From assembly GCA_964016885.1 (NCBI GenBank), contig OZ024741.1:164424001-164488000 (forward strand): a stretch of 64,000 nucleotides of DNA, read 5' to 3'. How positions within the stretch are numbered: position 1 is the stretch's first letter; every line of letters begins with the position of its first letter. The position numbers were made by a program, and so were the translations under genes. Below are positions 24,206 to 36,668 of the stretch, in pieces. The notes beneath the pieces are model-generated. The model was not told the origin of the DNA and ran no database searches. It worked only from the letters and a program-made list of their open reading frames with translations. The DNA is from Eledone cirrhosa. Lineage: Eukaryota.

Positions 24206-24390
24206 TAATTGTTTCTACTTTAGGCACAAGGCCAGCAATTACCCAGTACATTACTGGTACTTTATTTTATCGACCCCGTAAGGATGAAAGGCAAAGTGAA
24301 CCTCGGTGGGATTTGAACTCAGACCGTAAAGGGACGTAACTCTGCCGGAAAGCATGGCGTCCGACTCTCTACCGATACTGCCAATCCACC
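24206..24390 (-). mobile_element. SINE family A
   Basis: This is a full-length reverse copy. Confidence 0.9.
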
Positions 24391-24690
24391 AATGTTATCT
24401 AGCTACTGCCTCACCTTCATCTAATACAGTTGTTTCCATACAATGTCATTGATAATCTCTAGGTGTGTCCCGAAATGTGATCAATTCTTTAGTAGTGAAG
24501 GATATTAAAGATCTGACAACTCTACATACAATTAGACATGTGACCAGTCATACGAAATATGACATTAAATAGTTAATTTATTAATTTCATGCCAGTAGCA
24601 AGACTTTTTTTCCTGTTTAGTTAGGCTTGATCTGAATGCTTGCCACAGAGTAGACTCTACTAAAAGCAACCAAGGACCAGATGGTCTTAA

Positions 24691-24895
24691 CTCTTTAGCA
24701 TTTGAACTGGCCGTATTTCTCTTACCTCTTTCTGTTCAAACTGGCCATAACCAGCTGCCCATACCAATGTTAAGTTATTGTTCTCAAAATAAATAACATC
24801 AAAATCTTGTAGATTCGATATTATGTGAAATAATTATGTTAGATAATACCTATACCACAAAATAGTATATATAGAGTAATGTAAATGCTAAAGGG
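24691..24895 (-). mobile_element. piggyBac-type MITE copy
   Basis: The ends read TTAA|CTCTTTAGCATTT ... TAAATGCTAAAGGG|TTAA. Confidence 0.8.
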
Positions 24896-25057
24896 TTAAA
24901 CGAGGTGACAGATTAAGTCTACCACATGGAAAAAGATATAAGAAAAAATCTGATTCATGTGTCATGGAAAATGTTATTTTCAAAAAGTGTCTCATCAATG
25001 GGAAAAGGTTGTATTTAATGTTGTATCAGGGTGGTGGGGCCTAGTCTAAAGTCTGTC

Positions 25058-25328
25058 TAAGCCAGAAGGCTCGTTAGGCCGGTGCTTATTCCAGTTTGAT
25101 GGTGTGAAGCAGCTGAGAGTACAAGATTCCTCCTTGGACAGGACGTTGGTCCATTGCAGTGTTAAACCCCCAGCTATTGCTGGTACTCATTTTCAGCTGA
25201 GTATACTGGAGCAATGTGAAATGAAGAGTTTTGCTCAAGAACACAACACGCAACCCAGCCCAGGAATTGAACCTACAACATTATGATCGTAAGTCCAACA
25301 CACTTACCACTAGGCCATGTGCCTCCAC
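25058..25328 (-). mobile_element. SINE with family B-like core and a third tail type (related copy about 63360-63610)
   Basis: It has the GGTACTCATTTTCAGCTGAG..CTGGAGCAATGTGAAATGAAG..TTGCTCAAG core and a tRNA-like head. Confidence 0.7.
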
Positions 25329-25474
25329 TATGGGTGGTGGAGACTGTCTATAAAATACAAGTATGGGTTCTATGATTTCTTTGGAAAATCATATAAGGTT
25401 CCATGACTAAAAGAATTTGAGAACCATGGGCTAAATAAAATAGTAAAGAGCCATTTTTGTATTGTTACTTAGAG

Positions 25475-25679
25475 CAGGCATGTCAAACATGCGGCCCTTT
25501 ACAAGCACACCTGTGGCCCACACAAAGGTTTTTACAGTGCGAGCATGTTTTATCTTCATAATATAAAATAAAAAGAAATATATAGTTGTAATGTGTGCAA
25601 TTAGTTGTCGTGTAGAGCCCTCAGACAGAACATATGTGACCCATGTGGTCCTCGGGGGGCCCTCAGTTTCACATGCCTG
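25475..25679. mobile_element. hAT (Charlie-like) MITE
   Basis: The TIRs are CAGGCATGTCAAAC and GTTTCACATGCCTG, with a perfect 8-bp TSD ACTTAGAG at 25467-25474 and 25680-25687. Confidence 0.9.
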
Positions 25680-26352
25680 ACTTAGAGGATTTAGAGTTGT
25701 AAAGGAAACAGAATGATTAAAATGTATGTAAATCTAAAGACTGTTAGTTCACTGGAAGTTTATTAACTACCATTTCTGATTTTGTTTTCAAGAATATGTG
25801 AGAGTTGTTAAAATTGTCTTTGTATTAGATATTGGTGGTGGTGGTGGTGGTGGTGGTGGTGGTAGTGGTGGAGACTGTTAGGTAACAGTGATGGCAGTCA
25901 GAGTAAAGGTATTGATAGGAATGGGTATGTTGGCTGTAGTGGTGGTGGTGGTGGTGGTGAAGCTAGAGGGTATGTTGGGTGATGGATGTGATGGGAGTGG
26001 TGGTGAATGTGATGGTGGTGGTGGTGGTGAAGGTGGTGAAGAAGGGAGGAGAGAATATTTTGTGCATATGGCTGTTTTACTTTGATACAATTTCTCATAC
26101 TAAATGCATGTCACAAAAGTGACATCTCCTCTTCCTCTCCCCCATAATTCTCTCTTTCTCCATGTCTCTCTTACCTTCCATCTCACCCCTGTCATACTCC
26201 TTCTCTCATCTCCTATTTCTCTCTCTCTCTTTCACCCCTCCCCCTCACATCCATTCCATGGATTTAGGCATACAGCAAGTTTGTGTCAAATTAAATTAGC
26301 TTAAAGAATACTTCTGATAGATTTGTGGCTTTGCCTGGCTAGATGGAACAAT

Positions 26353-27880
26353 ATAGAGAGACAGATAGATAGAGAGACAGATAGATAGATAGATAGAGAG
26401 AGAGACAGCTAGGCAGATAGAAAGACAGCTAGACAGCTGGATAGAGAGACAGCTAAACAGCTGGATAGAGAGACAGCTAGACAGATAGATAGAAAGACAG
26501 ATAGATAGATAGAGAGACAGCTAGATAGATATATTTCTTTATTAGCCACAGGGGCACAAAAGAAGGGGACAAATACAAAGGGGGAAGTTTACATACAATA
26601 AAAACGTGTAAAATGTTATCACAGATGGAATTTAAAAGTTAGTCGATTTTCCCCAATAGAGGGAGACAGTTTATATGGGTAACACAGACCCCCGAAAAAA
26701 ATGTGCAACCCTCATCTCCAGGAGTACGAAGAGCTTGTACTCCCTTCCTCTCCTCCTCCTTTTCCTCAACCTACAGGCTGATATAGAGAGAAGGCCCATT
26801 CACTCGGGCCATTCTCGCCACTTTCACCCACCTTTCATAAAACTTGCTGGGGTACAGCACCTCTCTCTCCATCCTGATTCTTCTTCCAAAGTGGTATTTG
26901 AAAAAAAGAATCAGTTAGATAGATAGATAGAAAGACAGCTAGACAGCTGGATAGAAAGACAGATAGACAGCTACATAGAGAGACAGCTAGACAGATAGAT
27001 AGAAAGACAGATAGATAGATAGAGAGACAGCTAGATAGATAGATAGAAAGAGAGACAGCTAGACAGCTGGATAGAAAGACAGATAGACAGCTACATAGAG
27101 AGACAGCTAGACAGATAGATAGAAAGACAGATAGATAGATAGAGAGACAGCTAGATAGATAGATAGAAAGACAGCTAGACAGCTGGATAGAAAGACAGAT
27201 AGACAGCTAGGCAGATAGACAGATAGATAGATAGAGAGACAGCTAGACAGAAAGACAGATAGATTTCTATTTATTGCCACTAGGGCGCAAAAGAAGGGGA
27301 CAAATACAAGGGGGGAGTTTACACAAAAAGGCGAGTAAAGAAAACAAATAACAAATATAAAATTAACAATAAAGTCCTCAATAAGGAGGGGGCGTTTGGG
27401 GGGGGGGGGGTCCCCCCCCCAATAAAAAGTGTGCAACCCCTTCTCCTCAGGAGCACAGAGAGAGGGTGCACCCTCGTGCCTTCCTCTTTTCCACCTACAG
27501 GCTGATGTAGAGAGAAGGCCCATTCACACGGGCCATTCTCGCCACTTTCACCCACCTTTCATAAAAACGACTGGGGTTGAGCACCTCTCTCTCCATCCTG
27601 ATCCTTCTTCCGAAATGATAGAAAGACAGCTAGGCAGATAGATAGAAAGACAGCTAGGCAGATAGATTGAAAGACAGATAGTGGGACAACTAGACAGAAA
27701 GACAGATAGACACATAGATAGAAAGACAGCTAGGCAGATATCTTTCTTTATTTGCCACAAGGGCGTACAAGAAATGGGACATTACAAGACATGATGGCGG
27801 GGGTTTTTACATGAAATTGTATATATATACGACAGCTAGACAGATAGAGAGAAAGACAGCTAGACAGATAGATATATAGA
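26353..27880. repeat. (GATA/GACA)n compound microsatellite containing 2-3 LINE 3'-end fragments
   Basis: Related inserts at about 26535-26900, 27265-27615 and 27742-27820 are each bounded by GATA repeats. Confidence 0.85.
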
Positions 27881-28144
27881 TACATTCATACATACAGGGG
27901 AGGGGGAGGGATACATACAGGGGAGGGGGAGAGATATTCCTTTAACATATATGAGAGTGCTATTCAAACTGCTGGAATATAATAAGATTAGACAAATAGA
28001 GCAATAAAGGATGTGAGACAGTGAATTGAATTGCATTTGAGTGGAATGGAATGACAAAAGAGAGAGAAGGCATTGAGGGGAAAGGTAATAATAGATAGAT
28101 AAGGAAGAAGTATAGTGGAGGGTCTATCAGGTAGAGAAAGGGAG

Positions 28145-28343
28145 NNNNNNNNNNNNNNNNNNNNNNNNNNNNNNNNNNNNNNNNNNNNNNNNNNNNNNNN
28201 NNNNNNNNNNNNNNNNNNNNNNNNNNNNNNNNNNNNNNNNNNNNNNNNNNNNNNNNNNNNNNNNNNNNNNNNNNNNNNNNNNNNNNNNNNNNNNNNNNNN
28301 NNNNNNNNNNNNNNNNNNNNNNNNNNNNNNNNNNNNNNNNNNN
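28145..28343. other. Assembly gap
   Basis: This is a run of N. Confidence 1.
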
Positions 28344-28449
28344 NATATGTGAGAGGAGGAAGGGGAAATATAACTGTTTTTATATGAATGTAGAAAATAG
28401 AGAGGTGAATGTGGAAACTATTAGTAACTTTGATAGCACACACATACAG

Positions 28450-28992
28450 ATAGGTGGTGCAGTATAAACTGTAAAGTGGTTGGTGATAGGAAGGGCATCA
28501 GCTATAGAAGGCTTGCTAATCAAGGGTTGAGAGGACCCTTCAGTCATGTCAACAACATGACAAGCTTCCTAGTGTGGGTAATCTACACGATAAATGCACC
28601 CAGTACATGCTGTAAAGTGGTTGGTGATAGGAAGGGCATCTAGCCATAGAAAGTTTGCCAATCAAGGGTTGGGAAGATCCTTCAGTTGTGTCACAGACAT
28701 GACAGCCCCCCTAGTGTGGGTAACCTACATGATAAATGCATCAAGTACATGCTGTAAAACGGTTGGTGATAAAAAGGGTATCCAGCCATAGAAAACCTGC
28801 CAATCAAGGGTTGGGAGGACCCTTCTGTCATGTCCTTGACATAACAGCCTCCCTAGTGTGGGTGATCCACATGATAAACACACCCAGTATATGCTGCAAA
28901 GTGGTTGGTGATAGGAATGGCATCCAGATGAAAAAATGTTTGCCAAACAAAGGGTTCGAAGGACCCTTCAGTTGTGTCAAAGACATGACAAC
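28450..28992 (+). repeat. About 145-bp tandem amplification of the RTE 3' tail, about 4 copies
   Basis: CTGTAAAGTGGTTGGTGATAGGAAGGGCATC..CAAGGGTTG..GGACCCTTC recurs four times. Confidence 0.8.
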
Positions 28993-29384
28993 ATCTCCTG
29001 TGCACTTAGTAGAATGAGTGAGACTGTACACAAGCAAGTGTAGATCCCTGGCATGTCTGAGAAATCAGTAGCTCTGCTTCCAACTGACTTAGTTTATGTA
29101 GACCCATCCAGATCTTGCTAGCAGGGGAAGTGGATGTTAAAATGAAGATGATAATGATGATGGGGTGGGTCTGATGTGTATTTGACAAATGTCTGATAGT
29201 TTGATATGTGTTCTGTGCATGAGGTATGTCTGATGCGTATCTGATGTATGTCTGATGCATATCTGATGTTTGCCTAGTCTGTCTGTTTTATCTGTTGTCT
29301 CTGATGTGGGTATCATGTTTTCGATATGTGTCTGTTGTGTTTGATATGTGCCTGATATCTGACTGAAGTTTGTCTGATATGTGT

Positions 29385-31940
29385 TGCCTTTGTTTGATGT
29401 GTTGCCTTTGTCTGATATGTGTCTCCTTTGTCTGATATGTGTCTCTGTCTCATGTGCGTCTCTTTTGTCTGCTGTGTGTCTCCTTTGTCTGATGTGTGTT
29501 TCCTTTGTCTGATGTGTGTCTCCTTTGTCTGATGTGTGTCTCCTTTGTCTGATGTGTGTCCCCTTTGTCTGATGTGTCTCTCCTTTGTCTGATATGTGTC
29601 TCCTTTGTCTGATGTCTGTCTCCTTTGTCTGATGTGTGTCTCCTTTGTCTGATATCTGTCTCCTTTGTCTGATGTGTGTCTCCTTTGTCTGACGTGTGTC
29701 TCCTTTGTCTGATGTGTGTCTCCTTTGTCTGATATCTGTCTCCTTTGTCTGATATGTATCTCCTTTGCCTGATGTGTGTCTCCTTTGTCTGATGTGTGTC
29801 TCCTTTGTCTGATGTGTGTCTCCTTTGTCTGATGTGTGTCTCCTTTGTCTGATGTGTGTCTCCTTTGTCTCATGTGTCTCCTTTGTCTGATGTGTGTCTC
29901 CTTTGTCTGATGTGTGTCTCCTTTGTCTGATGTGCGTCTCCTTTGTCTGATGTGTGTCTCCTTTGTCTGATGTGTGTCTCCTTTGTCTGATGTGTGTCTC
30001 CTTTGCCTGATGTGTGTCTCCTTTGCCTGATGTGTGTCTCCTTTGTCTGATGTGTGTCTCCTTTGTCTGATGTGCATCTCCTTTGTCTGATGTGCATCTC
30101 CTTTGTCTGATGTGTGTCTCCTTTGTCTGATGTGCGTCTCCTTTGTCTGATATCTGTCTCCTTTGTCTGACATGTGTCTCCTTTGTCTGATATGTGTCTC
30201 CTTTGTCTGACATGTGTCTCCTTTGTCTGATATGTGTCTCCTTTGTCTGATATGTGTCTCCTTTGTCTGATGTGTGTCTCCTCTGTCTGATGTGCATCTC
30301 CTTTGTCTGATGTGTGTCTCCTTTGTCTGATGTGCGTCTCCTTTGTCTGACGTGTGTCTCCTTTGTCTGATGTGTGTCTCCTTTGTCTGATGTGTGTCTC
30401 CTTTGTCTGATGTGCGTCTCCTTTGTCTGATGTGTGTCTCCTTTGTCTGATATGTGTCTCCTTTGTCTGACATGTGTCTCCTTTGTCTGATATGTGTCTC
30501 CTTTGTCTGATGTGCGTCTCCTTTGTCTGACGTGTGTCTCCTTTGTCTGATGTGTGTCTCCTTTGTCTGATGTGTGTCTCCTTTGTCTGATATGTGTCCC
30601 CTTTGTCTGATGTGCGTCTCCTTTGTCTGATGTGCGTCTCCTTTGTCTGATGTGTGTCTCCTTTGTCTGATGTGCGTCTCCTTTGTCTGACGTGTGTCTC
30701 CTTTGTCTGATGTGTGTCTCCTTTGTCTGATGTGTGTCTCCTTTGTCTGATGTGTGTCTCCTTTGTCTGATGTGTGTCTCCTTTGTCTGATATGTGTCCC
30801 CTTTGTCTGATGTGCGTCTCCTTTGTCTGATGTGCGTCTCCTTTGTCTGATGTGTGTCTCCTTTGTCTGATGTGCGTCTCCTTTGTCTGACGTGCGTCTC
30901 CTTTGTCTGACGTGTGTCTCCTTTGTCTGATGTGTGTCTCCTTTGTCTGATGTGTGTCTCCTTTGTCTGATGTGTGTCTCCTTTGTCTGATGTGTGTCCC
31001 CTTTGTCTGATGTGCGTCTCCTTTGTCTGATGTGTGTCTCCTTTGTCTGATATCTGTCTCCTTTGTCTGATGTGTGTCTCCTTTGTCTGATGTGTGTCTT
31101 CTTTGTCTGATGTGTGTCCCCTTTGTCTGATATCTGTCTCCTTTGTCTGATATCTGTCTCCTTTGTCTGATATGTGTCTCCTTTGTCTGATGTGTGTCTC
31201 CTTTGTCTGATATGTGTCTCCTTTGTCTGATGAGTGTCCCCTTTGTCTGATGTGTGTCTCCTTTGTCTGACGTGTGTCTCCTTTGTCTGATGTGTGTCTC
31301 CTTTGTCTGACGTGTGTCTCCTTTGTCTGATGTGTGTCTCCTTTGTCTGATATGTGTCTCTCCTTTGTCTGATGTGCGTCTCCTTTGTCTGATATCTGTC
31401 TCCTTTGTCTGATGTGTGTCTCCTTTGTCTGATGTGCGTCTCCTTTGTCTGATATCTGTCTCCTTTGTCTGACATGTGTCTCCTTTGTCTGATATCTGTC
31501 TCCTCTGTCTGATGTGCATCTCCTTTGTCTGATGTGTGTCCCCTTTGTCTGATGTGCGTCTCCTTTGTCTGACGTGTGTCTCCTTTGTCTGATGTGTGTC
31601 TCCTTTGGCTGACGTGTGTCTCCTTTGTCTGATGTGTGTCTCCTTTGTCTGATGTGTGTCCCCTTTGTCTGATATCTGTCTCCTTTGCCTGATATCTGTC
31701 TCCTTTGTCTGATGTGTGTCTCCTTTGTCTGATATGTGTTGCCTTTGTCTGATGTGTGTCTCCTTTGTCTGATGTGTGTCCCCTTTGTCTGATATCTGTC
31801 TCCTTTGTCTGATATCTGTCTCCTTTGTCTGACGTGTGTCTCCTTTGTCTGATATGTGTCTCCTTTGTCTGATGTGTGTTGCCTTTGTTTGATATGTGTC
31901 TCCTTTGTCTGATGTGTGTCCCCTTTGTCTGATATGTGTC
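29385..31940. repeat. 20-bp minisatellite, about 125 copies
   Basis: The unit is TCCTTTGTCTGATGTGTGTC with point variants. Confidence 0.98.
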
Positions 31941-32028
31941 TAATGTTTGTATTTATCTCTTGTTCTCAGGCACCTGCCCTGAATATATAACCACCTTGAC
32001 TATAAGCTGAGATAAGAAAGCCACTTAC

Positions 32029-32169
32029 CTAAGAGGACTAGTGTCTTCCGGAGAAATGCAGGTAATCTCGCGACTTCTTCATAAGTAACTAAATCCAATT
32101 GATCAAATATAGCATTGAGTTTGGCAAGATATTTGTCTTTTTTTTTACGTCCAAACCACGAACAGTGAC
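32029..32169 (-). CDS. CASK: CASK exon, HOOK region and start of GK domain
   Basis: The 141-nt exon is phase 1/1, with a polypyrimidine+AG acceptor and a G|GTAAGT donor. It reads (G)[46 protein letters not shown](G). Confidence 0.96.
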
Positions 32170-33827
32170 CTAGAAAAGAGAGAGAAGAAAGAAATGATTT
32201 TAATATTAGTAGATATAACAAGACATGAGTAATGATATTTAGTTTTTTTTTCTGTATACAGAAGGAATCACAGTTTAGGTGTATATATACATGCATGGGC
32301 CCTTAACTACTGGTTGAGTTGTAGTGGTGCAGTCTTGACATATAGAATGTCTTAGACATTTAAACCTGGCAGAGCCTATCATTCTCCAGGTTTTAACACA
32401 CCTGAGAGAGAGAGAGAGAGAATTATTAGAAGTATTAAGAGAAATCAAAGGAAAATTTACCCTAATTCTAAATAAATACTTTATCAACCTTGAAAAGATG
32501 AAAGGCAAAATTTACCTCAGAGGAATATGAACTCAATGAGCAGAAAGCCAGAACGTATACAAAAATAAAAAAAAAAATAAAACTGGGATAGGCTCCAGCA
32601 TAATCAGTCACTGGGCTTAGGACAGAGTTTAACTTTAAAAAGGAATTTATCAATTCACAGTTGTATAAATAGCATTGCAAATATTGATGGAAATATGAAA
32701 GAAAAAGAAAAAAGAATAAAAATGAAACCAAGCAACAAACAGAGGGAGGAAGAGGTAAAGAAGGGCAGATCTGACTGTATAGGAAAGTAGGAGAAAGGGC
32801 TATAAATGTCACAAGTGAGAGGAAAGTGGGGAGGAGCAAGGACTATGAGGCCATGTAAGAAAGGGATGGGAAGGGAGAGGGTGATAGGCTCTATGGCTAG
32901 GGTGGACAAAACTGCAAAGGCATTTCTGTGGACAATGACCAGTGACACCTGCTGCAACAGCCATCCCACCTTGTGGGGGTTCCTTCCTCAGATGGGCTGC
33001 TGATGATCCAGGGTGAATTAGCAGGGATTTCTAGCAGATTAAATAACAGTAAAGGTTTCCTATTTAACTTATACAATTTTCTTTTTTCAAGTGTTTGTTA
33101 TTGCTGACATATTAAAAGGTTTTCCATAAAACACTCTGATTTCTAAAATCTTTTTCCTGTGACTCTGTTTAAGAGGATAAACTACACAGTATTACTACTA
33201 GCCTTACAAAAGTGAAAAAGATGTCTTAGCTATTTTTCCCCATTATCAACAGTTTATTTTTTCCCAATCACTGTTAGATTTCTTGATATATTGCAGCAAG
33301 TCAGAAGATTTCCAGAAGAAAAAATAAATAGATATTATACTAAGAAAGTAAAAAAACAAAACAAAAAAAAACAAAAAAACAATGATGTAATTGAACAAGG
33401 AACATATTTTTTTTCATATCATCTTAAAAAATGCTGAAATATCAAAGCTACAGATTCTTTATGGCATAGAGTAGGTGGTGGTGGTGGTAGTGGGGTTGTT
33501 TGGAGAAAAAGACCATTAAATATATCTCTGGTTAAACATGGGAAAGGAGTAAGAGGTGGGTTGGGGAAATATGTAAATAGAATAAAAATGAAGAATCTTT
33601 TCACATCAGACAAAAAAAAACATCAATTTAGAAGTTGTAACCATTAGAAGAACACCAGAATGGATGTTAAGGCATGTGGTGATCGAATAGCAATTTACTG
33701 CCAACTGCTGATATAATGTTATTTTATAGTTGCCTTAAGGAAACCTCCTAAATCAACTTAACACTAGCATTATTTATCACATCAACTGAAAGATCTCCCA
33801 CTTTCTCTCACTCATTTTATCCATCCA

Positions 33828-34235
33828 ACTCTCTCCCAAATCAGTCTAACTCTGTCTGTCTCTCTCTCTCTGCCACTCTCTCTCCCAAATCAATCTAACT
33901 CTGTGTGTGTGTCTCTCTCAGCCAATCATTTTCTCTCTTTATCTAACTCTCTGTATGTCTCTCTTTCTCTCTCTCTTCCAATCAGTCTAACTCTGTGTAT
34001 GCCTCTCTTTCTCTCTCTTCCAATCAGTCTAACTCTCTGTATGCCTCTCTTTCTCTCTCTTCCAATCAGTCTAACTCTCTGTATGTCTCTTTTTCTCTCT
34101 CTTCCAATCAGTTTAACTCTCTGTATGTCTCTCTTTCTCTCTCTCCCAGTCAGTCTAACTCTCTGTGTGTGATTCTCTTTCTCTCTACCAATCTCCTTCT
34201 CCCTTTATCTAACTCTGTCTGTGTCTCTTTCTCAT
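33828..34235. repeat. CT-rich tandem repeat, about 42-bp unit
   Basis: CCAATCAGTCTAACTCT(C/G)TGTATG(C/T)CTCTCTTTCTCTCTCTT is repeated. Confidence 0.85.
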
Positions 34236-34589
34236 ATATATATCTTCCCTGTGTGTTTGTTGTAAATCTCTGTCTCATTTCTACATACTGTACAAAGCCT
34301 ATTCAAAATTGAATTAATAGTTACTATTCTGAAACAATGAATTCTATTCGTTTATCATAGAGTGTCAATCAGCCCATTTCAGCTATATTGTCTTTCATGC
34401 AAAGATGACCATGATAAATTCCTGTTATATATATATGTATGGCTGGTTGGCCCTCTTCAGACTCAACCCTTGCTATAATTCAATGACAGATTTATCTCAA
34501 CATTTACTACACTGAAAGCCTTGACGTCACACTTGGAATTTCTGGCATTTTCTTTGAAATTTGAGTCAATATTATGTTATACTTATAAC

Positions 34590-34776
34590 AGTGGATTGGC
34601 AGTAATCGGTAGAGGGTCGGACACCATGATTTATAGCATAGAGTTACGGCCCTTTATGATCTGAGTTCAAATCCCGCTGAGGTTTACTTTGCCTTTCATC
34701 CTTACGGGGTCAATAAAATAAAGTACCAGTAATACACTGGGATAATTGCTGGCCTTGTGCCAAAAGTAGAAACAAT
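34590..34776 (+). mobile_element. SINE family A
   Basis: This is a full-length copy with A and B boxes. Confidence 0.9.
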
Positions 34777-34954
34777 TTTATTATACTTATATTTTTATAT
34801 ATATATATATGAAGGATTCGGGATGCCGACGGCTGAGCTCCTGCCATTTCAATAGCTAAATCTGAACTCAAGTATTAAGTACTCTGGTGAGTAATGGTCT
34901 AACTGGTTTTTACTGCATCCTTTCTGATTTATATATATATATTTCATTCATTCA

Positions 34955-35283
34955 TTTTATTTTACGTCCACTTTTCCCTGCTTGCAAGGGTGGGACGGGA
35001 ACCGATTCTGGCTTGATTTCTACAGCTGGATGCCCTTCCTAACACCAACCTCATTTACAGTGAGTGCTGGGTGCCTTTTTTCTGTGGCGCCTCCACGACC
35101 ACTTTACAGTGGAAAGATAGGGACCCTAGTCCCTATCATCTCATTTCTACAGCTGAGTAAACTGGAGCAATGTGAAATAAAGTGTCTTGCTCAAGGAAAC
35201 AACACATCACCTGGTCTGAGAATTGAACTCACAACCCTTTTAATTGCAAGGCCAATGCTCTAACCACTAAGCCATGTACCTTC
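34955..35283 (-). mobile_element. SINE family B
   Basis: It is the reverse complement of 47411-47796. Confidence 0.85.
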
Positions 35284-35299
35284 ATATATATATATATCA

Positions 35300-35493
35300 G
35301 ATAGGGTGTGGTAAAATACCAGGTGGACCATAACCCACCAGAGTACTCGATACTTGGGTTAGTAGAGTGGGTAATATATGAAAAGATTCAGGACCCCGAT
35401 GGCTGAGCTCTTGCTGTTTCGACAGCTAGATCTGAACATTCGGATCTAGCTGTCGAAACGGCCAGAACTCAGCCATCGGGGTCCTGAATCTTT
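35300..35493 (-). mobile_element. Copy of the TA-embedded terminal-hairpin family
   Basis: It has the same body as 4222-4405 and a hairpin at about 35382-35493. Confidence 0.75.
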
Positions 35494-35494
35494 T

Positions 35495-35525
<31 letters not shown>

Positions 35526-36392
35526 ATATAAATATATATATATAAACTCTTTTACTTTTTTACCTGTTCCAGCCATCTGGCTGAGACCATGCTGGAGCAT
35601 CGCCCTTGATATATATATACATATATATATATAAACCTATACATTTCCAACCATACAACACCCATACACGCCACAAGATAAAAGGAAAAATTCAAGACTC
35701 CAAGGAGCCTCTACTGAAAACAACACTTTCCTTTCCATTTCTTTCATTTTTTTTCTTCTAGAAATTCTTCAGAAACCATTCTTTGTACTCCACTCAAGGA
35801 CCTCTTTCAATTATGTTTATACCTATATTTATATTTATATTTCCCTTATTCTTGCTTTTATCTGCAAACCTTAAAAATAATCTTGATCTCTCGGCATTAG
35901 GTAACCCCTTGTGTATACCCAACCATAAGACGAAAGAAAAATTCTATATCCACTCAATTTTTATTTACTTTCACCAAACCTGAAAATAACTTGACTTTTT
36001 GACACAATTGAACCCCACCTAAATACACTCACACACACAACAAAGATGCCATGTGAACCATTATTAGGAATGATCAAATATTTTTCTATTTTAACCAAGA
36101 GAATTCAATTGAATCCAGACTTGTTGAACCCCACTTCCCACCTTCACCATCACACCTTCATAAAGAACATATATATAAGAAGAAATTTCGAAAGAAAATT
36201 CACATATGTTCTAACTGCTCACAGACAATGAGAACAAACTTCTTTTAATATTTGACAAGATTGATATACCAATAGAAACTGGTAATATCTGGCAAAATAT
36301 AAATCCACTTAAAGAAAAAAATAATCTTTAAATATATCTCTGTGCTTTTTCACTTTGACCTACATATAAATATATACAGTATATACAGTATA

Positions 36393-36668
36393 TCATCATC
36401 ATCATCATCATCATCATCAACGTTTAACGTCCGTGTTCCACGCTTGCATGGGTTTGGACGGGGGTAGTCCCACTTGAGGCAAGAGTGATTGTCTTGCTCG
36501 CATAGGACTGTCTGGCAGGTTTTCTACAGTTGGATGCCCTTCCTAACACCAACCACATTTACAGTGTGGGTCTGGGAGGTTTTTACCGTGTTGCCTACAC
36601 GGCCACATTACAGCGTGGACTGTGTGTCTTTTTGTCGTGACACCTACACGATCTCATTTGTTTCGGCC
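36393..36668 (-). mobile_element. RTE-tail short retroposon
   Basis: It is nearly identical to 2806-3065. Confidence 0.85.

Noticed and set aside
27988-28443. ORFs spanning the N run
   Set aside because: They are artefacts of the assembly gap.
29137-31519. Long ORFs of 386, 549 and 720 aa
   Set aside because: They are translations of a 20-bp minisatellite in overlapping frames, inside a CASK intron, with no domain content.
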